DNA from: a virus
Strand: one strand, 5' to 3'
DNA: 64,000 nucleotides
IMG/VR virus record: IMGVR_UViG_3300032893_000012
Location: 32,001-96,000 of that record
Part shown: positions 60,909 through 64,000 of the stretch, piece after piece
Layout of the letters: the number at the start of each line of letters is the position of its first letter
Position numbering within the stretch: position 1 is the stretch's first letter
The notes under the pieces: model-generated
Databases searched by the model: none
What the model was told of the DNA's origin: nothing
Seen by the model: only the letters and a program-made list of their open reading frames with translations
Made by a program: the position numbers and the translations under genes

Positions 60909-61655
60909 ATGCCCATTCTAGGAGATGATGACTCGATGGAAACGCACCGCCTAGGCGGGAGCGGATTTCAATTTTCCGCCACGAAGATCTCGAACCTCGG
61001 AGCCACCGAATATACGCTGTTTGGATTGGCGGTGGACTCGAGCGGCAGCGTGAGCGGGTTCAAAGGAGAGATCGAGGCGTGCGTGAAGAGCGTCATCGAG
61101 AGCTGTCAGCGCTCCCCGCGCGCCGACAATCTCATGGCCAGAGTGATCACGTTCGACCATCAGATCGAGGAGGTGCACGGATTCACTCCGCTCGCGGATT
61201 GCCATCTCGCCAAGTACGCTGGCATCCTCAACCGTAGCGGCGGTACGGTGCTCTACGACGCATCGACCACGTTGATCGAATCCGTTGCTACATATGGTCG
61301 CTCGCTCATCCAGCAGGACTACTGGGCAAACGGCATCGTATGCGTGATCACGGACGGACAAAACGAGCACGGGACGCTCACCGTCAAATCCGTCCGGGCG
61401 GCGCTCGAACAGGCAAAGCAGGGCGAGTGTCTCGAATCGCTCGTGAGCATCCTAATCGGCGTCAACGTCACGAGCCCCACGGTCCAGCGGGCGCTCGAAG
61501 CGTTCAAGAGCGAAGCTGGCTTCACTCAGTACGTCCAGACATCGGACGCGAATCCGAAGACCTTGGCGAAACTAGCGGGGTTCATCTCGAAGAGCGTCTC
61601 GAGTCAGTCGCAGTCGCTCGGTACGAAGATGGCAAGTCAACCGGTCACGTTCTGA
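60909..61655 (+). CDS. vWA domain protein (TerY-like)
   Basis: MIDAS VDSSGS, GGTVLYDA, ITDG. Confidence 0.85.
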   Translation: MPILGDDDSMETHRLGGSGFQFSATKISNLGATEYTLFGLAVDSSGSVSGFKGEIEACVKSVIESCQRSPRADNLMARVITFDHQIEEVHGFTPLADCHLAKYAGILNRSGGTVLYDASTTLIESVATYGRSLIQQDYWANGIVCVITDGQNEHGTLTVKSVRAALEQAKQGECLESLVSILIGVNVTSPTVQRALEAFKSEAGFTQYVQTSDANPKTLAKLAGFISKSVSSQSQSLGTKMASQPVTF

Positions 61656-61664
61656 AGAAGTACG

Positions 61665-62459
61665 ATGGAGACCGACAGCTTCTATCGAATGGGATCGACC
61701 CATTCGGTGTGCCAGGACTATGCGGCTTCGGGCGTCTCTCCTTTCGGAGACGTCCGAGCCGCAGTCTCCGACGGATGCTCCACCGCCCTCGATAGCGACT
61801 GGGGCGCCCGCTTTCTTGCGCGCGCGGCCATGACCGAGAAGGAGATTGGAACCTTTTCGGTTCTCGATGCGGCGAAGGATATGATCGCGGCTTCTCGCCT
61901 TCCGCGTCAAGCGCTCCGGGCGACCCTTCTCATCGCCTACGTCTTGTCAAACGGCGAAGTGAGAGCCTACCGGTCCGGCGATGGCGTCATCGTGACGCGG
62001 GCGCGCAGCGGCTTCGTCGCGTACGAACGCGTGGAGTTCGAGGGAAATATGCCGCCTTATCTCTCCTACATAGGCGTCCATTCGGACGTCGATGAATATT
62101 ACCAACTCTGTCGCACACAAACGATCACACTCGGCGCGCGCGACCTCGGTGGCAAATGGACTCGGAAAGAGTCTCAGGATTTTCCCTCGGTCATCGGACA
62201 TTCGTCTCTGCTTGGAAGCCCCAGAGAGCTCGATCTGGTGCTGCTCTTCAGCGACGGGGTCGAGAGCTTCCAGGACCGTGACGGCAACGTCGTGCCTCTA
62301 GAGACCATCCTCGATGAGCTCCTGGCGATCCGGAACTTCAAGGGGCAGTTCCTCGGACGAAGGTGCGGAGCGTTCCTGCAACGGACGTGTGCCGAACGTG
62401 GCTGGAAGCACAGCGACGATTTTTCGGTCGCTGGGATCTACTTCGGAGACACGCAGTGA
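61665..62459 (+). CDS. PP2C-like protein phosphatase
   Basis: H.VCQD, VSDGCS, GDG, FSDG, HSDD. Confidence 0.85.
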   Translation: METDSFYRMGSTHSVCQDYAASGVSPFGDVRAAVSDGCSTALDSDWGARFLARAAMTEKEIGTFSVLDAAKDMIAASRLPRQALRATLLIAYVLSNGEVRAYRSGDGVIVTRARSGFVAYERVEFEGNMPPYLSYIGVHSDVDEYYQLCRTQTITLGARDLGGKWTRKESQDFPSVIGHSSLLGSPRELDLVLLFSDGVESFQDRDGNVVPLETILDELLAIRNFKGQFLGRRCGAFLQRTCAERGWKHSDDFSVAGIYFGDTQ

Positions 62460-64000
62460 AAGTCTTCGTCAAAGGCAAAGGGGAGATCACACTCACCCAA
62501 TCGAATTACGTCGCCGAAGGTGGCCAGGCGGCCGTGTACCAGCGCAACGGTACCGCCTACAAAGTGTACACGGATCCGGCGAGCGCCATTCCGGAGGCGA
62601 AGTTCTCGCAGCTCGCCGCGATTCAAGACGCCGACGTCGTGAAGCCGGTGGACCTACTCATCGATCCGAAGACCAGTCAGCCTATCGGCTACTCGATGCG
62701 TTTCGTCGACGACACCTACGCGCTCTGTCAGCTCTTCCCGAAGGCCTTCCGCGACCGAAACAGTATTGGGCCTGCCAAGATCGCGAAGGTCGTCGAAGAG
62801 CTCCAAAAGCACGTCTCGAACATCCATCGCGCCGGAGTCCTCGTCGTCGACTTGAACGAAATGAACATCCTCGTAAGCCGTGCGATCGACGCCGTTTTCA
62901 TGATCGACGTCGACAGCTACCAGACACACGAGTACCGTGCGGAAGTCATCATGCCATCGGTGCGAGACTGGTCAGTCTCGTCTTCGGCCTTCTCGGAGCT
63001 CTCGGATTGGTTCTCGTTCGCGGTGCTCGTTTGCCAGCTCTATCTTGGGATCCATCCCTACAAGGGAACGCATCCCGGCTCAGCGAACATCGCCCCTGAC
63101 CAGCGGCTCGAGTACCGGATGCGGAACCATGTGTCGATCTTCGACACATCCGTGAGTCTCCCGAAGGCCTGCGGGTCACCAGACTCGATCCCGGCCGTTC
63201 AACGAGAGTGGCTCCGGGCAGTCCTCCAGGGCGGCAAGCGTCTTCCTCCGCCTGTGACAGGGGCCGCCGTCGCCCCGGTCGTGCAAGCGCAGCAGGCGGT
63301 GCTGAAATTCGGCGGTCGACTTCTGGTCACGGAACTCCGAGGCTTCGAGGAACCGGTGCTCGCGTTCGCTGTGTCATCGGTATTCACGATGGCGCTCGTT
63401 GCGAGCGGCATTATTCTAAACGGAGTGACTGCCACACGTGGCCCAATCGAGGGAACGATGCTCCTCGGGTTCACGCCGAAGATGGGTCGCCCAATCGCGT
63501 TGAATCTTCACCGAGGGATTCTGCGCCTGTACGAACTCGCTGACCGCCGCGTAACGGAGCTCCCGATCGCGGCGAAAGAGATCACGAAGAGCGGCGAGCG
63601 TTTCTACCTCCGAAACGGAACACAGGTGCTCGAGATCGACTTCCGTGAGCAACCCGACAAGCTCATTGTGACAGCGGGGCACCCCGTCGCGAATGTCCTC
63701 GAAAACGCCTCCCAGCTTTTCGACGGCGTAGCCATCCAGAACATGATCGGCTCGACTTTCATCTCACTCTTCCCTCGGACGCAGGCGGGATATCAGCTGC
63801 GGGTCCCTGAGCTCGACGGCTACAGGATCGTCGAGGCGCGCTTCGAGGGTCGTGTACTGATGGTCGTCGGGACGAAGGCCGGCGAGTACCACCGGCTCGT
63901 CTTCTGTCTCGATGAGGCGTTTACGACGTACCGGCTAGTGACAACGTTCAGAAACAGTGCCCCGGGCGCTGTAAACTTCACCGTTACTGACTCGGGTGTT
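62456..64000 (+). CDS. Ser/Thr kinase-like protein (TerY-P type), runs off window
   Basis: Read manually from GTG 62456: EGGQAAVY, YKVY, VVDLNEMNILV, MIDVDS, GIHPYKG; appears open to the end. Confidence 0.85.
   Translation, partial: MKVFVKGKGEITLTQSNYVAEGGQAAVYQRNGTAYKVYTDPASAIPEAKFSQLAAIQDADVVKPVDLLIDPKTSQPIGYSMRFVDDTYALCQLFPKAFRDRNSIGPAKIAKVVEELQKHVSNIHRAGVLVVDLNEMNILVSRAIDAVFMIDVDSYQTHEYRAEVIMPSVRDWSVSSSAFSELSDWFSFAVLVCQLYLGIHPYKGTHPGSANIAPDQRLEYRMRNHVSIFDTSVSLPKACGSPDSIPAVQREWLRAVLQGGKRLPPPVTGAAVAPVVQAQQAVLKFGGRLLVTELRGFEEPVLAFAVSSVFTMALVASGIILNGVTATRGPIEGTMLLGFTPKMGRPIALNLHRGILRLYELADRRVTELPIAAKEITKSGERFYLRNGTQVLEIDFREQPDKLIVTAGHPVANVLENASQLFDGVAIQNMIGSTFISLFPRTQAGYQLRVPELDGYRIVEARFEGRVLMVVGTKAGEYHRLVFCLDEAFTTYRLVTTFRNSAPGAVNFTVTDSGV

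Overview
GC-rich, gene-dense 64-kb piece of what is most likely a large virus of a bacterium. The host is possibly Myxococcota/Polyangiales, judged only from lipoprotein style. No rRNA, tRNA, CRISPR array, terminase, portal, tail sheath/tube or tape-measure gene is recognisable. (1) 1-25.6 kb (minus strand) is a putative virion module: tail-anchored LysM/peptidoglycan-binding and GH73-like proteins, a dual-specificity phosphatase, a 1814-aa collagen fibre, candidate jelly-roll capsid proteins, an Arg-rich core-like protein, an intein-split transglutaminase-like enzyme, RadC/JAB, a GroES-like protein and an RHH regulator. (2) 26-39.5 kb holds small membrane proteins, two cell-wall hydrolases, a lipoprotein, an octapeptide-repeat protein and multi-domain proteins joined by recurring linkers. 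(3) 39.7-54.3 kb holds a second collagen fibre, a GH16 lipoprotein and a glycosyltransferase/methyltransferase cluster. (4) 54.3-60 kb holds small genes, a rhomboid protease and a divergent promoter. (5) 60-64 kb is a nicotinamidase-vWA-PP2C-kinase (TerY-P-like) operon. Best novel-system candidate: a large tailless, membrane-containing virus with an adenovirus-like organisation. Its features would be fibres sharing an N-terminal docking peptide, two recurring putative maturation motifs (G-L-G and V/L/A-x-E), its own fibre-glycosylation kit, and an 11-bp phased-repeat regulon. All family calls are by motif recognition only; no searches were run.
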